From positions 1 through 64,000 of the forward strand of contig JBMNJG010000011.1 of NCBI GenBank assembly GCA_050951545.1: a stretch of DNA of 64,000 nucleotides. The letters are read 5' to 3'. This DNA comes from Limnochordia bacterium. Its GTDB lineage: Bacteria > Bacillota > Limnochordia > DTU080. Numbering within the stretch: the stretch's first letter is position 1; each line of letters begins with the position of its first letter. Shown here in pieces: positions 42,016 through 51,921 of the stretch. A model generated the notes under the pieces. It was not told the origin of the DNA. It searched no databases and was given only the letters and a program-made list of their open reading frames with translations. The position numbers and the translations under genes are program-made.

Positions 42016-44100
42016 TTGCGGCAGCTATGGCGTTCAGGCTTTGGACGTGATATATCGGTTGTTCTTCTGGTCACTATTGTTGTTGGTAGTCTAACCGCTA
42101 GCGGTCTCTCCATAGCTGCTGACAGGTATTTCACTGCCAGTGTCAATCATTTGGTTGGCGACTATGGAGAGTATGATCTTATTGTGCATGTGCGGGAGGA
42201 AACGCAAGAGGCCTTCAACAAGACCCTCCGTCCTGTGATCGATAAGCGTATTCCGGGCTCGCGCGTGAAACGCGGCCCCAACGTGGCCGGCAAGGCCAAC
42301 TTCTTTGTGGCTGTAGCTGACAAACACAAATCGCGTCACGTTTTCGAGAACTTGGGCAAGTGGATGTCAGATCTGCCTGGCTATGCAGGGGTGACGTTCA
42401 TCACTGAACCAAGCGTAGTCATGCGTAACGTGCATTCAGGTGTACGTGAGACTTTCACAAACGAGCTTACAGCCATGGAGGGTGTGCGTTTCGTCTTCCG
42501 CGACGGGGGTAGTCTCGTAGCCATCGTCGATTCCCCAGGCCGAGCGGAAGAGATCTACAAAGCGGCTCGCGAGCTGGCGGCGCGGCATTCGATTCTTGAA
42601 GTACGTTTTCCTTTCGAATATCAGGCGGCTGCTAGTTTTGACCAAACCGCGACTGATGTGGAGAAGGCCCTGCAGGGCATGTGGGGCAGAAGTGCCGTCC
42701 GTGACGTGAGTGTAGCAGATCAGCCAGACGAGATGGATTCGTTTGTGGCAGCACTACGTGAGATGAAGCGATTCCTGCTGAGTTACGCCACGCAAGCTGA
42801 AGTGCGGCTGGCAGGTACGAGCGCTGTAGGGGTGAATGATGTCTTGGAGCTTGCTGAGACAGCATCCTCTACCAATAGAGCCGTCATGCGAGTGACAAAT
42901 GTAACGGGAGATCTGGCGCGGGGTTACGTTGAGAGTGGTGACGCTACCCCCTTTTTGGCTAAAGGGGCGGAGGCGTATGTGCGGGCTACGAGTGAACGCC
43001 GCAGTGTCGGATGGGCGGTACTGACCAATGAGCGTTTGCAGCTCGTGGAGGCTATCGACACGAGTCTCAAGCTTCTGGGTCAATTGCAGGCACTCGCCGA
43101 TGATGCGCAGGGCGCTGTACAGAATGCCGAGACAGTCTTGACCACCTTTGAGGCGGCCCTTGTGCAACTCGATGAGGTACAAGAGCAGGTCCGTCAGATC
43201 AACGAGGAGCTGACTACGAAGAGCAAGATCGATCCGGGCCAGATTCTCATGTCGGTTCTGCTTTCCGGTGTCGTCAAGAAGCTTCAACCGCAGGAGACGA
43301 AACCAGCGGATTTGGAGACTGTCGACGTGCCTGGTATGCAGGTAGCATTGCAGCAAATGTCAGATCGTCTGACGGCGATAGCTGCCCTAGACGTGGCGAC
43401 CATCGTGCGGGAGGTTCGTCGTGTACGTGATAACCTACCGCAGCTTAGCGATGAGGAAATCGGGGACTCATTGCGGCTAATCGACAGATACCTAGAAGGT
43501 CAAGTTGTGCCGGGTGATCGTCTGCAGTATGTGGTGCGGCAGCAGGTAGACGCTGAACAGAGCGCAGCTCTGATACGAGGCGTGTTGAAGCGCTCTGACG
43601 TGGCGCTTTTCACGTCGCCAGCGGCACTAGTCAATCCCGATGCGAGAGCGACTCTGTTTGGCGTGTTAGGTCAAGTGCGACGAACGATAGCCGGGATCGT
43701 AGCGCTCGTTCTTGCTCTCTTTGCGCTAATCGCGGACCAGGCTACCATCTTCTCTGCGGCACGAGTGTTACAGCAGGCCAGTGGGCGCAAACGTCGCTGT
43801 CTCGATGCTGAGGACGCCTATGCGGCGCTGATCGGCCTGGTTCTGCTGGCTGGCATCTATGCGAGTAGTCGGGCCGCCATTCCGGGAATGACCTTGTGGC
43901 GCATGCTACCAGTCGGGGCGCTCCTAGGCTTTGGTGTCGGCAGGCTGTCGCGACGGATCAGTCCAGTCGATGCAGATGAAGTGGTAGCTGCTGAGGCGCT
44001 GGGGCTAGATGCTGCGCAGCTGATGCGTGAGATTGTGGTGCCTGCGAGTCGTCCTGGACTCCTGTGGTTACTGAATCGACCGCAGCAGGTCTTTCGTTGA
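42016..44100 (+). CDS. Uncharacterised membrane protein with a large extracytoplasmic/coiled-coil region and a C-terminal ABC-permease EAA-like motif
   Basis: N-terminal TM, three C-terminal TMs and EVVAAEALGL..LMREIVVPASRPG. TTG start after GGGGGTG; extended -10 TGGTATAAT at 41982-41990. Confidence 0.7.
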   Translation: MRQLWRSGFGRDISVVLLVTIVVGSLTASGLSIAADRYFTASVNHLVGDYGEYDLIVHVREETQEAFNKTLRPVIDKRIPGSRVKRGPNVAGKANFFVAVADKHKSRHVFENLGKWMSDLPGYAGVTFITEPSVVMRNVHSGVRETFTNELTAMEGVRFVFRDGGSLVAIVDSPGRAEEIYKAARELAARHSILEVRFPFEYQAAASFDQTATDVEKALQGMWGRSAVRDVSVADQPDEMDSFVAALREMKRFLLSYATQAEVRLAGTSAVGVNDVLELAETASSTNRAVMRVTNVTGDLARGYVESGDATPFLAKGAEAYVRATSERRSVGWAVLTNERLQLVEAIDTSLKLLGQLQALADDAQGAVQNAETVLTTFEAALVQLDEVQEQVRQINEELTTKSKIDPGQILMSVLLSGVVKKLQPQETKPADLETVDVPGMQVALQQMSDRLTAIAALDVATIVREVRRVRDNLPQLSDEEIGDSLRLIDRYLEGQVVPGDRLQYVVRQQVDAEQSAALIRGVLKRSDVALFTSPAALVNPDARATLFGVLGQVRRTIAGIVALVLALFALIADQATIFSAARVLQQASGRKRRCLDAEDAYAALIGLVLLAGIYASSRAAIPGMTLWRMLPVGALLGFGVGRLSRRISPVDADEVVAAEALGLDAAQLMREIVVPASRPGLLWLLNRPQQVFR

Positions 44101-44135
44101 GCCATGTCTTGAGAATCCGCGTCTAATCCCTGGCG

Positions 44136-45059
44136 ATGATGCAGAGTAGAATGATGCGCAGGAGGGTGAAGCCAGTGTTGCAGGTGTATGATCTCCGCAA
44201 GGAATACGGTAATGAGGCAGCCTTGGTTGGCGTCACGCTCTCCGTCGCACGTGGTGAGACAGTGGTACTCATGGGCCCCAGTGGCTGCGGAAAATCCACT
44301 CTCCTGCGGTGCATAAACAGGCTCGTAGAGCCCGATGCAGGCGAGATCTGGTTTGAAGGTCAGTCAGTACGCGACATGAACGACGAGCAGCTGCAGGTCT
44401 ACCGCCGCCGCTTGGGTTTCGTGTTTCAGCATTTCAACCTGATCACCCGTTTGTCTGTATTGGAGAACGTGGCTCTAGGGCTGATCATGGCTGGCGCCCA
44501 GCGAGAGGTCGCCCTGCAGGCGGCAGAGGTAGCTCTGGAGAAAGTAGAGATCGGTCGTGTATTGCACCATAGGGTCCCTTCGGCTTTGAGCGGAGGGCAG
44601 CGCCAGCGGGTGGGGATTGCCAGGGCCATTGTCGCCCAACCCGATCTGATGCTATGGGACGAGCCGACGGCCTCCCTAGACCCTATTTTGGTGCAAGAGG
44701 TTCTGGCAGTCATGGAAGAGCTGGTGGTCTGCACTGGGGCTGGAATGCTCATTGTCACCCACGAATTGCCTTTTGCTCTTCGCCTGGCTGATCGGTTGGT
44801 GATCATGGAACAGGGCCGCATTGTGGAGCAAGGCGCTCCTCAGGCGGTTCTCACTGCACCAGTGTCCGAAGTGGGCGCGGGCTATCACCGACTCTGGCAG
44901 GCGCGCTATCTTGAGGGAGGCGGCCACAAGCAGGCGTATCGACACCGTACGGGTCACTCGCTACAAGTGGCGGCAGGATCGCCACTGAGCGTGCAGAAGA
45001 AGTGGGCGGCTGGACCTCAGGTTGGCAGGCGGCATGCGCCTGTCGAGATCGGGACATAG
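44136..45059 (+). CDS. ABC transporter ATP-binding protein (GlnQ-like; true start probably 44167 or 44176)
   Basis: GPSGCGKSTLLRCIN, LSGGQRQRVGIARA, DEPTASLDP and VTHE motifs. Confidence 0.9.
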   Translation: MMQSRMMRRRVKPVLQVYDLRKEYGNEAALVGVTLSVARGETVVLMGPSGCGKSTLLRCINRLVEPDAGEIWFEGQSVRDMNDEQLQVYRRRLGFVFQHFNLITRLSVLENVALGLIMAGAQREVALQAAEVALEKVEIGRVLHHRVPSALSGGQRQRVGIARAIVAQPDLMLWDEPTASLDPILVQEVLAVMEELVVCTGAGMLIVTHELPFALRLADRLVIMEQGRIVEQGAPQAVLTAPVSEVGAGYHRLWQARYLEGGGHKQAYRHRTGHSLQVAAGSPLSVQKKWAAGPQVGRRHAPVEIGT

Positions 45060-45090
45060 GCGGGAGTGTAATCACAGGAGGGCGAACTGC

Positions 45091-45963
45091 TTGGATTGGC
45101 AGCAGACGATCAGGCAACCCTTCAGCGTAGAAGGCGTAGGTGTGCATTCTGGCACAGTGTGCAGGCTGGGTTTTCATCCAGCGCCAGCTGGTTCAGGTGT
45201 TGTGTTTCAGCGTATCGACCTGCCTGGTCGGCCATTAATTCCGGCACATATCGGGAATGTCGACAGCAGTCTACGCTGCACGCGTATCGCCAAGGGGAGA
45301 GCTTCAGCATCTACCGTGGAGCATGTCATGGCGGCTTTGTATGGTATGGGCGTTGACAACTGCCACCTTACATTGGACGGTCCGGAAATCCCTATCGTCG
45401 ACGGAAGTGCAGCGACCTTTTCGCGCGAGCTGAAGGCGGCCGGGGTCGTGGAACAGATGCTCCCCCGCCAGTACATCGAGCTAATGCAGCCTCTCTGGGT
45501 TAGCGATGCTGACCGTCATATGGTGGCTCTTCCCAGCGATAGGTTGCGCGTCAGCTTCACTTTTACCAACGACAAAAGACACCCAGCACTGTCGGATCAA
45601 TATGCAGAGTTTGACGTGACCCCGGAGGTCTTTGAGGAGGAGATTGCCCCAGCGCGCACCATGGGATGGCTTGCAGAGGTGGAGGCTTTGCGTCGCCAAG
45701 GGCTGATTCAAGGCGGCAGCAGCGATATTGCTGTTGTTATTGGGGAAGAATCTATTCTGACACCACTGCGCTATCCCAACGAGCTCGTGAGACATAAGAT
45801 CTTGGATACGATCGGGGATCTAGCGTTGGTAGGCCGCCTGCATGCCCATGTGATATGCATTCGCAGTGGGCACGAGATGAATGCATTGCTGGGGCGAGCT
45901 ATCCAGCGGGCAATGCGTCCCGAAGATTCGTGTGTCTCACTGGCGCCGAAAGGGAGCGTGTAG
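45091..45963 (+). CDS. lpxC: UDP-3-O-acyl-GlcNAc deacetylase
   Basis: QQTI..GVGVHSG, STVEHVMAAL, IVDGSA, HKILDTIGDL and SGH motifs. Confidence 0.96.
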   Translation: MDWQQTIRQPFSVEGVGVHSGTVCRLGFHPAPAGSGVVFQRIDLPGRPLIPAHIGNVDSSLRCTRIAKGRASASTVEHVMAALYGMGVDNCHLTLDGPEIPIVDGSAATFSRELKAAGVVEQMLPRQYIELMQPLWVSDADRHMVALPSDRLRVSFTFTNDKRHPALSDQYAEFDVTPEVFEEEIAPARTMGWLAEVEALRRQGLIQGGSSDIAVVIGEESILTPLRYPNELVRHKILDTIGDLALVGRLHAHVICIRSGHEMNALLGRAIQRAMRPEDSCVSLAPKGSV

Positions 45964-45979
45964 AGAGGAAGATCTCCGA

Positions 45980-46969
45980 ATGAAAGCTATTCTGCCGGTG
46001 GCGGGCATGGGCACTCGTCTACGTCCGCTTACCCATACCACCCCAAAGGCTCTGGTGCATGTCGCTGGGAAACCGATCCTGGGACACATTCTTGATGCTC
46101 TAGTGCCCTTGGGGATCGATGAAGTTGTGCTTATCGTGGGGCATCTCGGTGAGCAGATTGTCCGTTATGTGCAGTCCGCTTACCCCATTCGGGTTCGGTG
46201 CGTGGAGCAGCCTGAACGCCGCGGTTTGGGGCATGCGGTCTTCTTGGCGAAGGAGGCCTTCAGCGAGGATGAGCCCACACTTATTGTGTTGGGCGACACT
46301 ATCTTCAGCGCGGATCTTGGCAGTGTTCTGGCTGCGGGAGAAAGCGCCATCGGTGTTCATGAGGTGGAGGATCCCACGCGCTTCGGGGTTGTGGAGCTGC
46401 ACGGGTCACGTATCCGTCGCCTCGTGGAGAAGCCCGCTGTTCCGCCGAGCAACTTGGCTATCGTGGGTGTCTACTACCTGGCAAGTAGTAGAAGGCTTTT
46501 CTCGGCCTTGCAGGAGATCATCGATCGAGACATCAAAGTCAAAGGTGAGTACCAGCTTACTGATGCGCTACAACTGCTTATCGAGCGTGGTGAGAAGATA
46601 AGCAGCTTTCCAGTACCAGATTGGCTGGACTGCGGCAATCCGGAGACGCTGTTGGGCAGCAATCGCTTGCTGCTTGACAAACAGAACGGCAATGGTGAAT
46701 TGAAACCAACTCAGGAGTGCATCATTGTTCCCCCCGTATCGATTGCACCATCTGCGAAGATCACCCAGTCGATCATTGGCCCCTATGTCAGCATTGCTGA
46801 GGGTGTTGAGGTACATCAGTGTATCATCCGCAACAGCATCGTCAATCGCGAGGCGCATGTGGCCAACGTTCTTCTCAGCGATTCGATCATCGGGGAACGA
46901 GCGGCTGTCGGAGGCACCTACACACAGGTAAATGTAGGAGATTCCTCTGATATTCGAGTGGCGGGCTGA
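45980..46969 (+). CDS. Sugar-phosphate nucleotidyltransferase (glucose-1-phosphate thymidylyltransferase-like) with a C-terminal beta-helix
   Basis: AGMGTRLRPLT..PK, LVEKP, GEYQLTDAL and WLDCG motifs. Confidence 0.9.
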   Translation: MKAILPVAGMGTRLRPLTHTTPKALVHVAGKPILGHILDALVPLGIDEVVLIVGHLGEQIVRYVQSAYPIRVRCVEQPERRGLGHAVFLAKEAFSEDEPTLIVLGDTIFSADLGSVLAAGESAIGVHEVEDPTRFGVVELHGSRIRRLVEKPAVPPSNLAIVGVYYLASSRRLFSALQEIIDRDIKVKGEYQLTDALQLLIERGEKISSFPVPDWLDCGNPETLLGSNRLLLDKQNGNGELKPTQECIIVPPVSIAPSAKITQSIIGPYVSIAEGVEVHQCIIRNSIVNREAHVANVLLSDSIIGERAAVGGTYTQVNVGDSSDIRVAG

Positions 46970-47001
46970 GCAGTATCTTCCTGAGGTGCCAATGGCTTGC
47001 C

Positions 47002-47031
47002 TTGACAGGCTGTTTGGCTAGGCATTACAAT
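47002..47031 (+). promoter_or_regulatory. Sigma-A promoter of fabZ
   Basis: TTGACA-18 nt-TACAAT. Confidence 0.65.
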
Positions 47032-47055
47032 GACCTTCAAAAGGAGGTGTGCCCT

Positions 47056-47496
47056 GTGATTTTCGACATCAGTGCCATTCGTAGGTTTCTGCCACATCGC
47101 TATCCGATGCTACTGATCGATCGGGTTTTGGAGTGGGAACCCGTGACACGTGCTGTGGCATTGAAAAACGTCTCAATTAACGAACCATTCTTCTCAGGGC
47201 ACTACCCCGATTCACCCATCATGCCAGGGGTGCTGATTGTTGAAGCCATGGCTCAAACTGGCGGCATCGCGATGCTGACAGGCGATGAGAGTTCTGCTCT
47301 GCCGATTCTCGCTGGGATTGATGCAGCTCGTTTCCGCAAGCTAGTCGTGCCCGGAGATCAATTGCGCCTTGAGGCCACGGTGATCCGCGGCGGGAGTCGG
47401 ATGGGGAAAGTGTCTGTTGCTGCCACTGTGGATGATGGACTTGTGGCCCAGGCTCAGCTTCTGTTCACTTACATGGAGAACCCTCTCCACTCATGA
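47056..47496 (+). CDS. fabZ: 3-hydroxyacyl-ACP dehydratase
   Basis: LPHRYPMLLIDRV and NEPFFSGHYP..MPGVLIVEAMAQ motifs; GTG start after AAGGAGGTG. Confidence 0.96.
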   Translation: MIFDISAIRRFLPHRYPMLLIDRVLEWEPVTRAVALKNVSINEPFFSGHYPDSPIMPGVLIVEAMAQTGGIAMLTGDESSALPILAGIDAARFRKLVVPGDQLRLEATVIRGGSRMGKVSVAATVDDGLVAQAQLLFTYMENPLHS

Positions 47497-47655
47497 CCGA
47501 CAAATAACAGGTTGTTTCCAGTGTTTTCGGTAACAATGCTCTATCCATATGCTCAGTGATCTTGTATAGTCGCGGGTTGGGTATTCATAACCCGATTAGT
47601 AGAGGATGTCTTTGAAAGGGAGGAAGTTACCGGAATCGTCCGGTGACGCCGTGGA

Positions 47656-48477
47656 ATGAGCTCTGCCGAGCGCAAGGTGGACACTAAAGTCATACCGCTT
47701 CATACTCGAATCCATCCCAGTGCCATAGTCCACTCGAAGGCGCAGGTAGGGGCAGGGGTGGAAATCGGGCCTTTTTCGATAGTTGGGGAGAACGTAGAGA
47801 TTGGCGACGGAACGGTAATAGGTGCTCAGTGCGTGGTCGATGGGTGGACGAAGATCGGACGAGAGAACAAGATCTATACGGGAGCAGTGGTGGGTAGCGA
47901 GCCACAGGATCTCAAGTTTCGCGGTGAGAAGACCTACCTGTCCATCGGTGATAATAACATCATAAGAGAGTATGCTACCATCAGTCGGGGTACTGAAGGC
48001 GGAGGCGGAGAGACACGCATTGGCAACGATAATCTCGTGATGTCGTATGTGCACGTAGGACATGACGTGCAACTGGGCAACCATTGCGTCATCGCCCACG
48101 CAGCCGGTATCGCGGGGCATGTTACCATTGAGGATCGCGTGGTTCTTGGGGGTATCGTAGGCGTACACCAGTTCACCAAGATCGGTCGAATGGCCATGGT
48201 TGGTGCGCACTCTATGGTCACCAAGGACGTTCCACCCTACACGTTGGTGGACGGCGACCCAGCGAGGGTCTATGGGATAAACATCGTAGGCCTGCGCCGC
48301 AACGGATTGTCACCCGAGACACGCATGGAGATTCAGCGGGCCTATAAGATTCTCTACCGGTCGGGCTTGAATATCTCGCAGGCGATAGAGCATATGGAGA
48401 GGGAGTTAGCAGGGAGTGAGGAAATTGATCACTTTCTGCGCTTCCTACGCAGTGCCGATCGCGGTATCTGTCGCTAG
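47656..48477 (+). CDS. lpxA: Acyl-ACP--UDP-GlcNAc O-acyltransferase
   Basis: IHPSAIV, PQDLKFRGE, HVGHD, HQF, KDVPPY and NIVGLRRNG motifs. Confidence 0.97.
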   Translation: MSSAERKVDTKVIPLHTRIHPSAIVHSKAQVGAGVEIGPFSIVGENVEIGDGTVIGAQCVVDGWTKIGRENKIYTGAVVGSEPQDLKFRGEKTYLSIGDNNIIREYATISRGTEGGGGETRIGNDNLVMSYVHVGHDVQLGNHCVIAHAAGIAGHVTIEDRVVLGGIVGVHQFTKIGRMAMVGAHSMVTKDVPPYTLVDGDPARVYGINIVGLRRNGLSPETRMEIQRAYKILYRSGLNISQAIEHMERELAGSEEIDHFLRFLRSADRGICR

Positions 48478-48530
48478 AGCGGAGGCGTATGCAGCACCTA
48501 GACAGTCTTCTGTGGGAAGCGTCTAGCGGG

Positions 48531-48564
48531 CCAGGTGTTTGCTTCTGCAGGCACCTGGGTTTTT
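48531..48564 (+). terminator. Probable intrinsic terminator after lpxA
   Basis: CCAGGTGTTTGC-TTCT-GCAGGCACCTGG followed by GTTTTT. Confidence 0.6.
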
Positions 48565-48596
48565 ATGCTGATCTTTGGTCAAGGAGGCTGAGCACT

Positions 48597-49424
48597 TTGG
48601 CCGATCGGATTGGGATATTGGCTGGCCATGGCCGCCTACCTGTGTGTTTTGCTGCAGAGGCTAGGAAGCAAGGGCTGGAGACGGTAGCAATCGAGCTAGC
48701 TCCTGGTGCCGATCCCGAGCTCACCACACTCGTAGAGCATCTGTACCCGGTGTCCATGGGATGCTGGCAAGAGGTAATAGACACATTGCACGAGCTTCAG
48801 GTGAGAGAACTCTATCTGTTGGGCAAGGTAGACAAGCGTTTTCTGTTTAGCGGTGCACAGATGGATGCTCGCTTCTTGCGCCTGGTTGCGTCTTTACCCG
48901 AGAGAAACGATGACAGTGTGATTCTCGCCTTTGTGGCTGATCTGGAGCGAGAGGGTTTCGCAATCGGTGACCAACGCTATCTTTTGAGTGATCTCTTGGC
49001 CGGAAGCGGCCCTCTATCTCAGCGTCATCCTACGCCCCAGGAGTGGAGTGACATTGCCTTTGGCTTCCGCATGGCCAAGGGCGTCGCTGGGTTGGACATC
49101 GGTCAAACCGTGGTGGTGAAAGCTGGCGCCGTTCTGGCTGTCGAGGCCATCGAAGGTACCGACGAGTGCATCATGAGAGGCAGTGCGCTAGGAGAGCAGG
49201 ATGTCGTTGTGGTGAAAGTAGCCAAACCGCATCAGGACCTGCGTTTTGATGTGCCGACGGTCGGGGTCAACACTATAGCCACCTTAGCGAAGGCTCGAGC
49301 GCGGGTGTTCGCCTTTGAAGCAGATACTACCTTTGTGATGGATCGGGCCGAGACTGTAGCCTTGGCTGATCGATACGGCATATCCTTGTTTGGATATGCA
49401 GACGAAGGAAGTGCTTCTCGATAG
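48597..49424 (+). CDS. lpxI: UDP-2,3-diacylglucosamine hydrolase LpxI
   Basis: IGILAGHGRLP, LDIGQTVVV, AVEAIEGTD and QDLRFDVPTVG motifs. Confidence 0.94.
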   Translation: MADRIGILAGHGRLPVCFAAEARKQGLETVAIELAPGADPELTTLVEHLYPVSMGCWQEVIDTLHELQVRELYLLGKVDKRFLFSGAQMDARFLRLVASLPERNDDSVILAFVADLEREGFAIGDQRYLLSDLLAGSGPLSQRHPTPQEWSDIAFGFRMAKGVAGLDIGQTVVVKAGAVLAVEAIEGTDECIMRGSALGEQDVVVVKVAKPHQDLRFDVPTVGVNTIATLAKARARVFAFEADTTFVMDRAETVALADRYGISLFGYADEGSASR

Positions 49425-49448
49425 GCGCAGCGGACGGAGGGTGATCGT

Positions 49449-50654
49449 GTGAAGGTCATGATGGTGGCGGGCGAAGCATCTGGTGATATGCACGGTGCGC
49501 GCCTGGCTCGCGAGATCATGGCCATCGAGCCGACGGCTCGCTTGTTTGGTATGGGCGGAAGTCGCATGCGTCAAGCCGGGGTACGTCTGCTCTATGACCC
49601 GACGAGTATCAGTGCCCTTGGTTTCGTGGAAGTACTAAGGAATGTCCAGCTCTTGCGACGGGTTCTCTTGCGCCTGGGTCAGGTGATGGAGCGGCAGAAA
49701 CCCGATGTCCTCGTGGTGATCGACTTCCCTGATTTCAATATGCGTTTGGCAGAGATGGCCCGTGGACGGGAGATTCCCGTGGTCTACTATATTAGTCCAT
49801 CTGTCTGGGCGTGGCGTAAAGGCCGAGCGGAGAAGATTGGCCGCATAGTCAACTGCGTCTGCGCCGTCTTCCCTTTTGAGGTACAAGTATATCGTGAGGC
49901 GGGCGCGCCAGTCTGTTTTGTTGGGAATCCACTTGTGGATAGTGTGCGGGCGAGCGTCGGGCGTGAACGCTTGCTGTCAGAGTTAGGGCTTGATCCGCAG
50001 GCCCCCTTTTTCGCGCTGTTGCCCGGAAGTCGGGAGCAAGAGATTCGTGCTTTATTGGAACCGATGCTGAAGGCGGCAGCCCTTATCACGGACCAGATGC
50101 CGCGAGCCAATTTCGGTGTTGCTCAAGCCCATACTGTCTCGGGAAAGCTGGTGGAACGCCTGGCGCGGACCACGCGAGGGGTTAGCGTGACTGTTGTGGA
50201 AGACCGCACCTATGACGTGTTGGCCGCGGCCGATGCGGCGATTGTGGCCAGTGGCACTGCTACGCTCGAAGCAGCCCTGTTGGATACGCCGATGGTGATG
50301 GTCTACAAACTGGCCTCCAGTACCTACCATATCGCCAAGCTATTGGTGAAGACACCCTACGTGGCCCTGCCCAACGTTGTGGCCGGGCGGGCAGTGGTCA
50401 GGGAGCTGCTTCAGCATGAGGTTCAGCCAAATGCGATGGCTGCTGAGATTCTCTCTTTGTGGCATGATCAAGAGCGCAGAGAACAGATGCGCAGTGATTT
50501 GGCTGAGGTGCGGCGCCGTCTTGGCAAACCGGGGGCAGTAGCTAGGGCGGCCCAGGTCGTCATGTCTGTGGCCCGGGGCCAGGATTTCGCGCCGCACTGC
50601 TTGGAGCTCAACGCGGAGGCGGATGACCATGGACGTTGTTTTGACCGCGAATAG
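49449..50654 (+). CDS. lpxB: Lipid-A-disaccharide synthase
   Basis: AGEASGDMHG, IDFPDFN, YISPSVWAWR, LLPGSR and SGTATLE motifs. Confidence 0.96.
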   Translation: MKVMMVAGEASGDMHGARLAREIMAIEPTARLFGMGGSRMRQAGVRLLYDPTSISALGFVEVLRNVQLLRRVLLRLGQVMERQKPDVLVVIDFPDFNMRLAEMARGREIPVVYYISPSVWAWRKGRAEKIGRIVNCVCAVFPFEVQVYREAGAPVCFVGNPLVDSVRASVGRERLLSELGLDPQAPFFALLPGSREQEIRALLEPMLKAAALITDQMPRANFGVAQAHTVSGKLVERLARTTRGVSVTVVEDRTYDVLAAADAAIVASGTATLEAALLDTPMVMVYKLASSTYHIAKLLVKTPYVALPNVVAGRAVVRELLQHEVQPNAMAAEILSLWHDQERREQMRSDLAEVRRRLGKPGAVARAAQVVMSVARGQDFAPHCLELNAEADDHGRCFDRE

Positions 50655-51906
50655 CCCCGGTGAGGTAGCGGCCTGGTTAGCCCCTGCAGTCGAGGGCTTG
50701 CGTCGAGTGGCGCCACACTGCACCATCTCCGTATTCGTTCCTCCGTGTACCTTTGCCAGTGGTGCCGAGTGCGCGGTAGTGGCAGCTATGGTCGGGGTGG
50801 ACGGCGTCTACGGGCCGCGGGAGTTTGTCAAGTTTGTGCTGTGGGGAGCTCGTCCGGAAGGTTTCCGCCCAGGTAGCATCGGTGCGGTCTGTTTTCTGGG
50901 AGGCGACCTTCTCTCCGCAGTTCTGCTAAGTCGTCGCCTAGGTCTGCCTGCTGTGGCCTACACGGAGGGGCGTGTCGGCTGGAACAAGAGCTATCGCAGG
51001 TTTTTTCTGCCTGATGAGAGGGCACGACGTCGAGCTCTACATAGGGGAGCATGTCCGGAGCAGTTGGAAGTGATCGGCGACCTCATGCAGGATGCCGTGC
51101 GGCCAATCTGTAATAGCAGGAGTGAGATTAGAGAACTCCTGGGCATTCCTGACAATCGGTTGGTAGTATCGCTATTTCCCGGCAGCCGGCCGTTTGAGCT
51201 GCGCTTCATGCTTCCCTTTTTTCTGCGAACAGCGGAGCGTCTGGTCCAGGAGACAGAGTTTCCCCCGTATTTCCTGTTGAGTGTGGCTCCTTTTGCTGAT
51301 GATGAAGCGTTTGCTCACGCGGTGAAGGAGGGCGCCAACTCGCGGATGCAGATCACGGCCATGGAGCCGTCAGCCTGTGGACCAGCTACATCAGCTTGGT
51401 GGCTGAACAGTGGCACAGTGAGTGTAGCGGCGTACAAGGGAATGCAGTATGACATCATGCTGGCCAGTGACTTGGCGCTCACTGTTCCTGGCAGCAATAC
51501 GGCGGAGATGGCTTTTCTCGGGCTACCGATGGTGGTGGTGCTGCCTCTCAACCGGGCGGAAGAGATACCTCTGGAGGGCATTTCCGGGCTGATCGGTCGC
51601 CTACCGCTCGTGGGCAGGCTTCTGAAACGGGCTGCTGTGCTGGCGGCGGCAGAACGGGTAGAGTTCGCGGCGTTGCCCAATCGCAAGGCTGGAAGGCTGT
51701 TGGTTCCCGAGGTGCGGGGGCACATTGATCCGGAAGACGTGCTCGCTCCTGCCGTGGCTCTGCTGTGTGAGCCAGAGAGAAGACAGGAGCTTGGCCAGCA
51801 GCTCCGGGAGGCGATGGGGCAGGCGGGGGCATCTGATCGGCTGGCTGAGGCCATCGTAGCTGTGGCGAGCGAATCGCGCAGGGAAAGAGTAAAGAGTAGT
51901 CCTTAG
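50623..51906 (+). CDS. LpxB-like GT-B glycosyltransferase (divergent paralogue)
   Basis: NSPGE, FLGGD, LFPGSR, PGSNTAE and ALPN motifs; translationally coupled to lpxB. Confidence 0.75.
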   Translation: MTMDVVLTANSPGEVAAWLAPAVEGLRRVAPHCTISVFVPPCTFASGAECAVVAAMVGVDGVYGPREFVKFVLWGARPEGFRPGSIGAVCFLGGDLLSAVLLSRRLGLPAVAYTEGRVGWNKSYRRFFLPDERARRRALHRGACPEQLEVIGDLMQDAVRPICNSRSEIRELLGIPDNRLVVSLFPGSRPFELRFMLPFFLRTAERLVQETEFPPYFLLSVAPFADDEAFAHAVKEGANSRMQITAMEPSACGPATSAWWLNSGTVSVAAYKGMQYDIMLASDLALTVPGSNTAEMAFLGLPMVVVLPLNRAEEIPLEGISGLIGRLPLVGRLLKRAAVLAAAERVEFAALPNRKAGRLLVPEVRGHIDPEDVLAPAVALLCEPERRQELGQQLREAMGQAGASDRLAEAIVAVASESRRERVKSSP

Positions 51907-51921
51907 CGGGGAGGCATTGTT

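Noticed and set aside
48489-48596. N-terminal extension of lpxI
   Set aside because: It spans a terminator-like hairpin; LpxI homology begins at TTG 48597 after AAGGAGG.
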